From a virus, in the IMG/VR virus record IMGVR_UViG_3300022744_000001, positions 383,762 through 447,761 of that record: a stretch of DNA of 64,000 bases, one strand, 5' to 3'. The notes under the pieces were generated by a model that saw only the letters and a program-made list of their open reading frames with translations, was not told where the DNA came from and made no database searches. The stretch's first letter is position 1. Each line of letters opens with the position of its first letter. This document shows, one piece after another, positions 18,712-28,609 of the stretch. Made by a program: the position numbers and the translations under genes.

Positions 18712-19248
18712 TCAATGCTCCGGGGGTAGAAGTTTCGACGGGTCGAAAGCTGGCAAAGCTGTTTCAAGACGTGGGCGCATCAACCACACAAACCAACGAC
18801 GCCACCAATGAAGCTTCGGGGTACGAGTCTCCCCGAGCACCCAGAGAAGGGCGTGCACCTCGGGGAGGTTGCGCCTCACCCACTCGGAGTCCTGGAGTTG
18901 GGAGTCCAGCTCCTTGGAGACCTCCTCGCGAGACTTGGCCGGGGTAAAGTACGGGCACCGTTTGGCGTCGATGGGCTCGTCACAAATGGAGCCTGCCCAC
19001 TGCACCGGGTCCTCCGCCCCGAGCATGCACAAGCCGATGGTCTGGGGCACGGGAGCCCCGTTCTCCCTGCTGATGCGGTTGTACTGCGGATTGGGGTCCC
19101 CGAGTGCGCGTTTACGGGCGTCCAGAGGTTGCCGGTGGTTGTGCACGCACCGATGCGGTAGGCGTTCTACAATCTCGGCAAACCGACGAGTGACCTCGGC
19201 CTGCACCAGCTCTTGGAGACGCGCCCGAACCTCACCCTCGGTCTTCAT
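18712..19248 (-). CDS. Hypothetical Cys/His-containing protein
   Basis: 178 aa coupled ORF; CVHNH, CM, CDE, CPYF. Confidence 0.65.
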   Translation of the reverse strand: MKTEGEVRARLQELVQAEVTRRFAEIVERLPHRCVHNHRQPLDARKRALGDPNPQYNRISRENGAPVPQTIGLCMLGAEDPVQWAGSICDEPIDAKRCPYFTPAKSREEVSKELDSQLQDSEWVRRNLPEVHALLWVLGETRTPKLHWWRRWFVWLMRPRLETALPAFDPSKLLPPEH

Positions 19249-19880
19249 GCAGAACCCCGAATCTTCCGAACCACGAAATACTCGCGACCATCTTCTGACC
19301 GCGAGTCCCCTTGGTAGCCAACCGTGGCGTGCTCCAAAAAGGCGTGGGTATGGGTGACCAACAAGATGGGGAGCCCGCTACTTTCAGAGAGCTTCCGCAA
19401 GAAGATTCCCGTCGCCTCGACATATTGCTCTGCAACGGCCGCTAGGGTTTCGTCGAGGAACAACATTCGGTACCGCTTCAACCTGAGCAGGATCAGAACC
19501 CGTAGAATCAAGCTGATGATACTGGCGGGACCTCCGCCGAACGAGTCCAACGGGTGGCCCTTAATGTCTCCTTGGCAGACATAGGGTTCAGCACAAACCT
19601 TGTTGTACTTGTGGGAAAGCTCGAGCTTGAAGGACAAGTCCTGGTCTGCGAAAATGGATTTCAACCCCTCGGACACAACTGACTCAAGGGCCTGAACCTG
19701 CCCGAAAACCATCTTGTCCATGAGAATTCGGTAGAGTTCGAGCACCTTGGTGAGCACGTCTTGCTGCTCCGCCAGACGCTCGACCTCCTGGCGTCGAGCC
19801 AGAAGGTCTACCACGACCTGATCCCGATTTGCTTGAAGTCGTTCAGCCTTGCTCTGAACCGCCCTCAAGCGCTCCCTCAT
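19245..19880 (-). CDS. SbcC/Rad50-like ATPase, C-terminal half
   Basis: Coiled coil, then signature SFGGG, Walker B LFLDE and H-loop VTH; no Walker A. Confidence 0.8.
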   Translation of the reverse strand: MRERLRAVQSKAERLQANRDQVVVDLLARRQEVERLAEQQDVLTKVLELYRILMDKMVFGQVQALESVVSEGLKSIFADQDLSFKLELSHKYNKVCAEPYVCQGDIKGHPLDSFGGGPASIISLILRVLILLRLKRYRMLFLDETLAAVAEQYVEATGIFLRKLSESSGLPILLVTHTHAFLEHATVGYQGDSRSEDGREYFVVRKIRGSA

Positions 19881-21088
19881 TTTGAGGACGCGAACCGTGT
19901 CACCTGGCACTCGAACGCCTCCGCGGCTTCGACCACGACCTTACCGGTCGCATCGATGTTGAACGTGTCGATGGTGCGGAACATACCCACGTCATTACGA
20001 CGGTCCCCAGAGGCCGGGACCACGCAAACACGAAGGTCGATTTCGTGCCCCTTGGCCGAGTTGAAAAGCTCGAGCATGTGCTGGATGTTCACCCCGAAGG
20101 ACCACGGCTTGGGCTCAGCCTGCTTCACGTTGACCTGGATCGGGATGCCCTCGACCTTGGCCGAACCTGCGGCCACCTCGAGACTCAAGGTCCGCCGCTC
20201 AGGGTCGAAGCTGATTCGGATCTTGTTGTCGTCCTTGTCCAGCTCGCTCTTGATGTGCTGCAACGAGTTGAGGATGCGCGCCTTGACCACCGAAAGGACG
20301 TACTGGTCCTTGTTGAGGCCGTAGTACCCATACTTCGGGTGCCCCTTCGTATGCTTGGGCCATCCGAAGACATTCCCCGCCTTGTCCACGGCGAACGTGA
20401 AGTGCTTGCCCTTGCGGATAGTAACCGCGTCATTGGTGCGGCTGAGGAACTTCTCGAGCTGGCTCAAATGCTGCCCGTGAATGTCCAACGACTTGCCCGC
20501 GAACGCAGAGGTTCGGTAGTAGAAGGTTCGAGTACCATCGGTGACGAACAGGGTGCCATCGCCCTTGGCGTACTCCGCCTTCTTGGCGTCGAGGACTTGT
20601 AGCCCCTTCAAATTCTCGTCGGCGTTGTCCTCTTTGCTGATGAACGGCTTCGCCTGAGAAATGGCTTCACGAAGGAGACCGGGCATGAAGCTGCTGGACT
20701 CTTCCGACTCCTCCAGGTCCTGGTCACAGGTCTCAAGAATCCTGGGGTCGAACGAGCCTCGCTCGGCCTTGGCCCCCGAAGAGGACTTGTACCGAACCGT
20801 GAATTTCTCCCCGTCTTGCAGGGCTTCGATCTCGCAGGTGTCCGAGGTCGAGGACAGAACCTTGAGCGCGTTGATGTACTCGGCCGGGTAGGCAAACGAA
20901 CCGTCCCCATCCGACTCCTTGAGCGCGAACTGGGCCCGGGCAACACACGCGGTGTCGCGAGAGTACACAAAGCACTTCTCGCCTTTCACCACGAAGAGGA
21001 ACCCTGCCGCACCCGTGATCTTTGGAGGGACGATAGAGGCCAGGTCGAGTGCCGCCACCAGGTTTTCCATGTCAAACGAAATCTTCAT
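19877..21088 (-). CDS. Putative DNA sliding clamp (DnaN-like)
   Basis: 403 aa; MKISF..ENL..AL, VTDG.R, three-domain spacing; clamp-loader genes nearby. Confidence 0.6.
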   Translation of the reverse strand: MKISFDMENLVAALDLASIVPPKITGAAGFLFVVKGEKCFVYSRDTACVARAQFALKESDGDGSFAYPAEYINALKVLSSTSDTCEIEALQDGEKFTVRYKSSSGAKAERGSFDPRILETCDQDLEESEESSSFMPGLLREAISQAKPFISKEDNADENLKGLQVLDAKKAEYAKGDGTLFVTDGTRTFYYRTSAFAGKSLDIHGQHLSQLEKFLSRTNDAVTIRKGKHFTFAVDKAGNVFGWPKHTKGHPKYGYYGLNKDQYVLSVVKARILNSLQHIKSELDKDDNKIRISFDPERRTLSLEVAAGSAKVEGIPIQVNVKQAEPKPWSFGVNIQHMLELFNSAKGHEIDLRVCVVPASGDRRNDVGMFRTIDTFNIDATGKVVVEAAEAFECQVTRFASSK

Positions 21089-21099
21089 CTGATCTTCTC

Positions 21100-21378
21100 C
21101 TACTTGCGGTAGAACTCTTCGATGCTGTTCTCGGCCTTGACGAGTTGAGCCTCGTAGACTTCCATCATGTCCTCGAGCTGCTTCTTCTGCTGCTCGTACT
21201 CATCCTTGATCGTCTTCGGGTTGTACCCAGCGCTCTGAATGTCCTTGACGAGGTTCGTCAGTTCCTCTTTCTTGGCATTCAATGACCCGAGAATCTCCGC
21301 CCGCTGCTGCTTCACCTTCTTGGCTCGAGCAGACAGCTCCTGGAGTTTCTTCTGCAACACGTCGATGTCAATACCCAT
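21100..21378 (-). CDS. Small coiled-coil protein
   Basis: 92 aa with heptad pattern. Confidence 0.7.
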   Translation of the reverse strand: MGIDIDVLQKKLQELSARAKKVKQQRAEILGSLNAKKEELTNLVKDIQSAGYNPKTIKDEYEQQKKQLEDMMEVYEAQLVKAENSIEEFYRK

Positions 21379-21389
21379 GTACGTCCCTC

Positions 21390-22400
21390 TCAGTCATCGT
21401 CGAGGCCCAACGAAAACTCTGTTACACCTACGGGCAGGGTAACTTTGGCTTTCCGTTTGCGACCCTCAATTTGAGCGACATATTTTCGACCTGCTTCACA
21501 GATCTCGGAGTAGTTGCACAGGGTACAATGGTGCCCAGCCTGGGTAGGGAATAGCTCCTCCCGCAACTCTTCTCGAGCTTGCTTGCTAGCGGTTTCCACA
21601 AGCTGTGCAGACGTACGGTCGATTCGCTTGATCGTTGAGAGGGCCTCCTCTTTCAAGAGGTCAAGATCGCTCTCTGTGAAAGGTACCCAATCAACAGCCT
21701 TGTCATCGGCGAAGCGCCAGAAAATGTAGGCCAAAGCGTCCGGGGGTCGCTTGAACTTCTCGCGGTAGAGGGTAGCGTACCACTTGAGCTGGGTACCTTC
21801 GACCGGATCACCTTTCTTCCGAGGTTTCCCTTCAAGGTACTTGTCCCGGTGCTTCGAGCCCTTGCCATCGATGATCACCAGGTCCCCGTGCGGGGCTACC
21901 CGCTGGACTACGAAGTCAGCTCGACCACCCATCACATGGGGGCCAAACCTGGCATCCAACTTCATCTCCGCTTCCATGAAGGGGCCCACGAACTTGTGTC
22001 GGCGAATGGTGTTGACACCATTGACGATAGCCTCATGCGCATGGGCAATCAGCTCCTTGCGCCCTCGAGCCATAGCTTCCGACTTGGTGAGACCATCCTT
22101 GTTCTCGGGGTAGTTGGACTTCTCGTCGGACCAATCCACCACTCGACCTTGCCGAACGGCATCCTGGATCGTTTTGTCGAGGGTGGGCTCAATCAAGTCC
22201 TTCAAAGCGGAGACATAGTCCGGGCGCTTGAAGATCTTCTGCGCGTAGAAGTTCTCGAACACCACGCCTACAGTCGAGCCGTACAGAGAGTTGACCCCGT
22301 TTTCCGGCTTCTCCATGCGGGTCTTGTTCACGTAGCTATGCCAATACTGCAACGGGCAGGTGGTATAGCATTTCCAGCCTGAATAGGAGAGATACGTCAT
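21390..22400 (-). CDS. PD-(D/E)XK nuclease, RecB/AddB-like, with Fe-S-type cysteines
   Basis: LSYS...CP, GRAD, IIDGK, QL..Y, C..C.....C. Confidence 0.8.
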   Translation of the reverse strand: MTYLSYSGWKCYTTCPLQYWHSYVNKTRMEKPENGVNSLYGSTVGVVFENFYAQKIFKRPDYVSALKDLIEPTLDKTIQDAVRQGRVVDWSDEKSNYPENKDGLTKSEAMARGRKELIAHAHEAIVNGVNTIRRHKFVGPFMEAEMKLDARFGPHVMGGRADFVVQRVAPHGDLVIIDGKGSKHRDKYLEGKPRKKGDPVEGTQLKWYATLYREKFKRPPDALAYIFWRFADDKAVDWVPFTESDLDLLKEEALSTIKRIDRTSAQLVETASKQAREELREELFPTQAGHHCTLCNYSEICEAGRKYVAQIEGRKRKAKVTLPVGVTEFSLGLDDD

Positions 22401-23374
22401 CCGACCTCGCCTCCCTTTTCGTAGTAGTACAAAGCAGCATCACGCACGTTCTGGGCGAACTCCATGCGTCTGATGTTCTCCCCGACGTCCTGAGACGGGT
22501 CGAACTCCACATCGGCAAGAAGGCGGTTCACGAACTGGTCGATGTCCTTGTGTTCGCGCTCTTGGATAGCCTTGCGCTCAAGGTCGAACACCTCGGCCGC
22601 AGGGGCAACAGAGAGCGGAATCTGTGTGACCTTGATCTCGCCACCGTCGATTTCGATGAGGGAGACTTTGGGGGCCCGCTCGAGGTTCTCGCGCACCAAA
22701 GCCCCACGGGAAACCGCCCCCTGGTTAATGAAGTGGCGCCCCTCAATTTCCTCAACCCCTTGATCCCGATGCCAATGCCCAAAGCACACAGCATCGGGGC
22801 CGTTCCGACGCACGAGCGCCTCGTAGCGGAACACGGGCTCGTTGAAGAAGTCCTCGACGTTGGGGGGAGGGTTCAACCCCGCCAAGGCGTGCACAACCAT
22901 AATGAGGTGGGTGTCCCCCGGTTGCTTCTGCACCCTGAGCAGGTCCTCGAGAGAGCGCTCCGGGCTGTAGGGTACCCCCACAACGCGCACTTGCAGGTTG
23001 CCGTCTTTGAACACCTGCTCTCGAAGGTGTCCAAAGACCCCCGTCGCATAGAGCACCCCCAAGGGCTGCCTGGAGATCGTCTCGAGGTTATTTGCGGAAA
23101 GGTCGTGGTTACCTTCGATGCAGAAAGTGGGGCAAGGGTACTCTCGATGAACACGGGCCGTCCGCTCCACAAGGGCGTGCGGGTTGCGAGACGCAGCCTT
23201 CACGTGGAAGTAGTCCCCGCCGTCGAGCACTGCGTTCACCTCGTGCGCCTTGGCGAGCTGGCCAATTTGCTCGAGGTTGGACCAGATCTCAGTTGGGTAA
23301 TCCCCCTTCCAAGACTCCGGGCTCCGGTCCGAAACGTGGACATCAGTCCGGAAGAGAAATGACAGCCGCGACAT
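22397..23374 (-). CDS. SbcD/Mre11-like metallophosphoesterase nuclease
   Basis: TDVH, GGDYF, GNHD, VVH, FGHWH. Confidence 0.88.
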   Translation of the reverse strand: MSRLSFLFRTDVHVSDRSPESWKGDYPTEIWSNLEQIGQLAKAHEVNAVLDGGDYFHVKAASRNPHALVERTARVHREYPCPTFCIEGNHDLSANNLETISRQPLGVLYATGVFGHLREQVFKDGNLQVRVVGVPYSPERSLEDLLRVQKQPGDTHLIMVVHALAGLNPPPNVEDFFNEPVFRYEALVRRNGPDAVCFGHWHRDQGVEEIEGRHFINQGAVSRGALVRENLERAPKVSLIEIDGGEIKVTQIPLSVAPAAEVFDLERKAIQEREHKDIDQFVNRLLADVEFDPSQDVGENIRRMEFAQNVRDAALYYYEKGGEVG

Positions 23375-24710
23375 GGGCGTGACCCTCCTTCATCGGTCTT
23401 GCGCACGTGGGGCAAACCCCCAGCGCATCAATCTCAGCCTCGATGGCGGCTTCCTCTGCCCCGAGCTTCTTGGCCTGGGCATCGAGGTCGCGGACGACCG
23501 GCGGAAGGGGCTCCAACCGGGCCAGGAACCTCTGGATGGCCCGAGCCTTGTCCGCCTGACCCTCGAGCAGGACCACATCCCCAGGCTCGTGGGCGAGCTT
23601 CTCGTGGGCGGCGAGGGTTTCTTTGTGCTTCCGAAGTTGACTCATCCACGCCCCAAGGCGCTGCACCTCTCCCGCAGGACCCACCACAGGGTCGTCCTCG
23701 GGGAAGGGCCGAAGGGTTTCTTCGACCGAAGCCAGGGTATGCACTTCTCGTGACCGACGATCGTAGTCCACCTCGAACCGGGCCAACTGCACCACTCGCC
23801 CGAGGTCTTCGACGAGCTGGTCTGGGTCGTCGAACTCGACCTTGCTTGCCTGCCCCAAGCGGCGAACGTCGTGGGCCAAACCGTCGAGGGTTTCGTGGTA
23901 GCGGCGGCACTCACGGGCTTTGACGAAAAGAGCCTCGATTTCTGCGGGCTCATCCACGTCAATTTTCGATGCCTCTTGCAGGCGCCGAATGTCCTTGGCC
24001 AAGCCCTCAAGGGACAGAACAAACCGCTCGAGCTGCTCGACCTTGCGTTGCGCCTCGAGAAGGTTGTCCAACGCCTTCTCGGCCTCACCCACGGTCTTCA
24101 CAGCCTCGTTGAGGCCCTCGTACTGGCTCAGCTTCCCCTCAAGCTCCTTGACGTCGCCTTCCCGCGTCTTGCGGGAAGCCACCACTTCACGGCGGTCTTT
24201 CTCAGCCAGTTTCGTTGCGGTGTTGATGCGGTCAAGGCGGGAAACATCCGAAATCGCCTCAGCAATGGCGGGGCCCGACTGGTTCAGCAGGAAAATCGGG
24301 AAAAACTGGTCCGCAATCTGTAGGCTCCCCAGGTCTCCAACCTTCACCGGGGCGAAGCCCGCCTCGCACAAGAACTCCGGTACGCCCGGGCCAGGTTTGT
24401 CGAACATCTGGCCGTTGTAGTGGTACCGGTTGATTGCATCGCCCTTCTCCCAGAGAAGGTCAAACCCCTCGGCTTTGATGTGGACCGAGGACTGGCACTT
24501 GCAAGTCTTTCCGTTCTTACGTGCGAGGCGGGCACAGTCTCGACCGTGCCGGACATACGAGGTTCCAAGAGGGTTGGTCAAAGCACACCGGATGGCGCGA
24601 ATGACTGCGCTCTTCCCGATGTTCGAGCGCCCCACCAGAGCCGAGAAACCCTCGAGTTTGATGTGGAGGTGCTCAATCGACTGGAACCCCTTGACCTCGA
24701 CGTCAATCAT
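23343..24710 (-). CDS. SbcC/Rad50-like ATPase, N-terminal half ending at a zinc hook
   Basis: GFQS, Walker A GRSNIGKS, Q-loop, coiled coil, C-terminal CPTC. Confidence 0.85.
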   Translation of the reverse strand: MIDVEVKGFQSIEHLHIKLEGFSALVGRSNIGKSAVIRAIRCALTNPLGTSYVRHGRDCARLARKNGKTCKCQSSVHIKAEGFDLLWEKGDAINRYHYNGQMFDKPGPGVPEFLCEAGFAPVKVGDLGSLQIADQFFPIFLLNQSGPAIAEAISDVSRLDRINTATKLAEKDRREVVASRKTREGDVKELEGKLSQYEGLNEAVKTVGEAEKALDNLLEAQRKVEQLERFVLSLEGLAKDIRRLQEASKIDVDEPAEIEALFVKARECRRYHETLDGLAHDVRRLGQASKVEFDDPDQLVEDLGRVVQLARFEVDYDRRSREVHTLASVEETLRPFPEDDPVVGPAGEVQRLGAWMSQLRKHKETLAAHEKLAHEPGDVVLLEGQADKARAIQRFLARLEPLPPVVRDLDAQAKKLGAEEAAIEAEIDALGVCPTCARPMKEGHAHVAAVISLPD

Positions 24711-25978
24711 GACCCTTCGACCTCACTCTCCTCCAAAGTCTGTTCGATGGCGTCGATGATATCGTCGTCGTCATCCTCACCATCCTCTCGAAGGTCGGAG
24801 ATGATGTCCTCGTCCTCGATTTCCTCCTCTTCCGCAATCCCCTTCAAGCTCTTCTCGTCGATGATCGCTTGCATGACCTTCAGCCGAAGGTCTTCGGTCA
24901 GCTTCGGGTTCCCAATGAGGTACTTGCGGAGGCGCTCCTTGCCCTTGAAGGTTTGACCCGCAAAGGTGTAGTTAGAGCCGGACTTCACCACGATTTTGCG
25001 AGGGGCCGCGCTTTCGATGAGCGACATATACTGGTCCACACCAGTACCGAACCGGATGAAAACCTCGGTGGTGTACCCTTGGGTACCTGACACCTTGTTC
25101 TTGACCACCTTGACCTGGGTCACGTTCCCGTAAGGGAACTTGCGCTTTTTCCCGGTGTCCGGATCGATCTTCTCCACCGTTTCGGACTTGATTCGAGTCG
25201 TCTTGAGGCGCAGGTAGCAGTAGAACTTGAGAGCCTTGCCGCCAGAGGTGTTGTCCTCAGCCGGGGCTCGTCCGCCTCCCGTCGAAATGGCCGCACGGGT
25301 CTGGTTGATGAACACGCAGGTGGTGCCGGACTGCTCGAGTCGCATGTTGAGGCGTGGCAGGTACTTCGACATAGTCGAAGCAAGGATGCCGATCTTCTGC
25401 GGGTCATCCACTTTCTTCTCGAGTTCAGACGCGGGGATCATGGCTGCCACCGAGTCCGTAACGATGAGGTCCACCTTCTCGTGGCAAGCGAGAAGCATGA
25501 TCTTGATTCCATCCTCGAAGGTTTCGGGCTGGAACACCTCGAACGTGCCCGACTCGAAATCGATTCCGATTGCCTCGGCGTACTCGATGTCCAAGGCGTG
25601 CTCGTAGTCGAGGAAGAGCACACGACCACCGGCCCGCTGCACGGCCAATGCAAGCTGCAAAGCGAGGGTCGTTTTACCGCTCGACTCTGCCCCGTAGATC
25701 TCGATGATGCGCCCCTTGGGGAACCCAGGGCACTTCATCTCCTTCTTGTCCCGGGTCAACTCTCCGCCAATGATCGTGTCAATCTGCACGATCGATGACG
25801 GGAGGTGTGCAAGCTGGCCACGCTTGATCTCGAGCGGCGCCAATTTACCCTTGGTCGCTTTGCTCACCAGCCCGACGAGGCCCGCCAAGGTCTTGTTCGG
25901 CTTCACAGGCGAAGCCGCCGTAGCCTTCCCAGCCGGGGCTTTCTTTTTCTTCTTGTCCTCTTCCGCGGTCGCAGTCAT
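24707..25978 (-). CDS. recA: RecA recombinase
   Basis: GRIIEIYGAESSGKTT, DSVAA, FINQ, GGKALKFY, VKNK; acidic tail. Confidence 0.95.
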   Translation of the reverse strand: MTATAEEDKKKKKAPAGKATAASPVKPNKTLAGLVGLVSKATKGKLAPLEIKRGQLAHLPSSIVQIDTIIGGELTRDKKEMKCPGFPKGRIIEIYGAESSGKTTLALQLALAVQRAGGRVLFLDYEHALDIEYAEAIGIDFESGTFEVFQPETFEDGIKIMLLACHEKVDLIVTDSVAAMIPASELEKKVDDPQKIGILASTMSKYLPRLNMRLEQSGTTCVFINQTRAAISTGGGRAPAEDNTSGGKALKFYCYLRLKTTRIKSETVEKIDPDTGKKRKFPYGNVTQVKVVKNKVSGTQGYTTEVFIRFGTGVDQYMSLIESAAPRKIVVKSGSNYTFAGQTFKGKERLRKYLIGNPKLTEDLRLKVMQAIIDEKSLKGIAEEEEIEDEDIISDLREDGEDDDDDIIDAIEQTLEESEVEGS

Positions 25979-26655
25979 GTATCCCCCAGTTTCGAGAATC
26001 GAAAAAACCGGTCATTTTCCCTGAAAACGGTGCCCAGACCTACGGTGCGCCCCTCTAGTGCAGTGGTTTTGGACTTGATGATGGCGGTTTTGCCTCCCCG
26101 CAGGAGTACCCTCTGACGAAGGAACACGTGGCGTTCGGAAGGCAGAAGCACGTCCTCATCGATGTGACCATCAAGCAGGAGTAGAAAGCGCGCAGCAAAT
26201 CGAGCGATGTGGTAGGCATCGGCCTCGTCGGCGTTCCAACGGGCAATACCAGTGTCGGCTTTCGCCATCGCAACCATATCGGCCTTGAACATTTTCCCTC
26301 GACGAACGAGCGGGTCTTCTTTGGCCAACAGCTTCACAGTGAGAGGGTCGAAGTGAACGACGTCACGACGACGCGTGTAAACGGCTTCGTTGACATAGAG
26401 GAAAAGGCCGTAAAGACCCTCTGACCAGGCTTCACCGAATGGTGGGGACTCAACGCCAACTATCTGGATCTCCGGGAACTCGTCCAAAGTGGTTTGGATG
26501 TTCTCCCGGAGAAACAGATAGCGACGCAGAAAGATGTCCTTCGCGGACGTCTTCCAACGACCCTTCTTGACCACCCGAGCGCGGCCGGTGGCGTCCGAAT
26601 CGTGGACGCACCAGCCGAACCCGGTCATGGATGGATCAAGACCAAGCGATAGCAC
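25975..26655 (-). CDS. RuvC-like Holliday junction resolvase
   Basis: LGLDPS..GFG, VGVE, DEADAY. Confidence 0.8.
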   Translation of the reverse strand: MLSLGLDPSMTGFGWCVHDSDATGRARVVKKGRWKTSAKDIFLRRYLFLRENIQTTLDEFPEIQIVGVESPPFGEAWSEGLYGLFLYVNEAVYTRRRDVVHFDPLTVKLLAKEDPLVRRGKMFKADMVAMAKADTGIARWNADEADAYHIARFAARFLLLLDGHIDEDVLLPSERHVFLRQRVLLRGGKTAIIKSKTTALEGRTVGLGTVFRENDRFFRFSKLGDT

Positions 26656-26688
26656 CCTGGACGAGAGGGTTGCCCCTCCCCCTCCTTG

Positions 26689-27564
26689 TCAGACGCCCGA
26701 CAGGAGGTTGGCGAAGTCTTCGCCGCCCACGTCTCCGGCCCCACCGCCACCAGTGCTGGCAGAGGTCAGACCGAGCTTCTCACGAAGCTCATCCGTGGTG
26801 AGCTGACGAAGAGACAGCTTCTCGTACAGGCCCACAGCCTTCTCGAGCACCATACGACGAAGCTTGTCGTTCTTCAGGTAGATGCACGGACCCGCCTGGG
26901 TGATCGTGATCTTCTGGTAGTTGGTGTCCGTGCAAGCGAAGTTGAGGTCGATCGACGCGATGGTCGAACCGCTCTCGGCCAAGCCCTTGTTGATCTTGCG
27001 AATCACCTCGAACTTGTCCGGGGCGAAACGCCAGGGGAGGACGCGCCAACCCTTGGCCAAACGCTCCCGGTCCAGGTCGCCTTCGCGGTCAGTGGGGTAC
27101 TGGAGGAGCACGGTGAAGACGTACTCGCGCTTCTCGCCGAGCTTCTTCCAAACCTTCTCCTCTTCCGCGGAGAGCTTCTTGGGCCACTCCACGTAGCCAA
27201 GACCCTCCTTGAAAGAGGCCGAAGCCGTCTTGAAGCGCGCCTCGGTGACATCCAGCATGTCCACCGGGTCGAGCTGGTCGATGGTCTTTCCGAGCTTCTC
27301 GGCCAGCTTCTGGAGCGTGTCGATCACGACCCGCTTCTGGCCCTCTTTGTCCTTGGCAAGGTCCGGCTTGGCCCGAAGTGCGCGACGAAGAGCCGAGGTC
27401 TTCACGTCGTTGAAGTACACGAGGGACACGCGGTCGGTACGACCCTTCTCACCCTTGTACCACTCGGCCTTGTTGCCGACTTTGCCCTTGTCCTCGTCGC
27501 CGAGGCCAATGTCGTTCTCCGTATCGATGCTCTCAAGGTCAACTTCGAAATCACTCATTTTCAC
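26689..27564 (-). CDS. Putative single-stranded DNA-binding protein (gp32-like)
   Basis: Position beside recA/ruvC; aromatic OB-like core; Gly-rich linker and acidic tail (GGEDFANLLSGV). Confidence 0.6.
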   Translation of the reverse strand: MKMSDFEVDLESIDTENDIGLGDEDKGKVGNKAEWYKGEKGRTDRVSLVYFNDVKTSALRRALRAKPDLAKDKEGQKRVVIDTLQKLAEKLGKTIDQLDPVDMLDVTEARFKTASASFKEGLGYVEWPKKLSAEEEKVWKKLGEKREYVFTVLLQYPTDREGDLDRERLAKGWRVLPWRFAPDKFEVIRKINKGLAESGSTIASIDLNFACTDTNYQKITITQAGPCIYLKNDKLRRMVLEKAVGLYEKLSLRQLTTDELREKLGLTSASTGGGGAGDVGGEDFANLLSGV

Positions 27565-27709
27565 TTCTCCATTGGACGTGGCCCCAGATTACAAAACGGG
27601 TAGAGCTGGGTACCTGGTCAGGTGCGGACCGCCACAGGACAGGGTCAGAGGACATTGCGTCCGGGACAGGTCAGGTGACGTGCCGCGATCTCCTCTACAC
27701 CGGGAAGGT

Positions 27710-28609
27710 TCAGATATTCGCGAGCAAACCTTCCAAATACTCCTCATCCGGATCTTTGGGTTTGGTACTCACCTTTTCCTGCTTGATTTCCTTGATTGGC
27801 TCAGGGGTAGGCTCAGGAGCATCGCTGAGGAACTTGGCGATACTGTCCCCGTCGTCCTCGGTACCCTGAGTTTCTGCCTTGGCCTCTGCATCCAAAACTT
27901 GAACTTGGATCTCAAGCACCGGAGCCTCGACCTGAACCTCGACGACCGGGTCAGATGTCGGAGCCTCCTCAACAGGCTCAGGGGCCGTTTCAAGCTCAGA
28001 TTCAGGCTGAGTCGCGGGGGCCTTCTGCTCCTCAATGCCCTCTGCGACGAGCGCATCCAGCTCCGCGATGTCGATTTCAACCTCCCTCGGAGGTAGCGCT
28101 CGACCCTTGGAGTCTCGAGGCAGGTTGGACTCGTCCCCGTACGCCGCTCCTGTGATGCGGTCAGCATGCAAGAGAGACCTTTGGGTCTTGATCTCGTTGC
28201 TGGTGCGCACGAGTTCTTCGTGAATGAGCTTCACGGCCTTCTCGACCGTATCCAAGTCCAACAGCTCACTCTTGAGCGTGTGGATACGGTTGAGACGTTC
28301 CCGGAGCTTGGTGTTGGCGATGGCTTCACGGTCACGGATGTTTGCGGCTCGCCGCACATCGTCGTCCTCGGCCAGCAACCGGTCCTTCTCGGCACTGAGG
28401 AGGGTTTCCTCCCCGGCCAACTTGAACTTCACTTCCCGTCGCTCGCGGCTCATACGGAGCAGAATCTGCGAGACTCGGTTGAGGTGATTTCGGCACTTCG
28501 AAATCGTCTCATTGATGTAAAGCGGCCCGAGTACCGTAGGGTCAGGGGCCAGCTCAATTGGGAGCTTGGATATCTCCCCGTAGATTTCGTTGATCTCTGC
28601 TTGTTCCAT
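27710..28609 (-). CDS. Coiled-coil protein with an acidic disordered tail (possible recombination mediator)
   Basis: Helical N-terminus; tail DEEYLEGLLANI resembles the SSB tail. Confidence 0.55.
   Translation of the reverse strand: MEQAEINEIYGEISKLPIELAPDPTVLGPLYINETISKCRNHLNRVSQILLRMSRERREVKFKLAGEETLLSAEKDRLLAEDDDVRRAANIRDREAIANTKLRERLNRIHTLKSELLDLDTVEKAVKLIHEELVRTSNEIKTQRSLLHADRITGAAYGDESNLPRDSKGRALPPREVEIDIAELDALVAEGIEEQKAPATQPESELETAPEPVEEAPTSDPVVEVQVEAPVLEIQVQVLDAEAKAETQGTEDDGDSIAKFLSDAPEPTPEPIKEIKQEKVSTKPKDPDEEYLEGLLANI

Noticed and set aside
21390-22400. Cas4 / CRISPR system
   Set aside because: No repeat-spacer array or other cas genes; the context is recombination, so a RecB/AddB-like nuclease is the simpler call
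27617-27628. Identical 12-mer GTCAGGTGCGGA here and at 59519
   Set aside because: A single 12-mer match within 64 kb of GC-rich DNA is expected by chance
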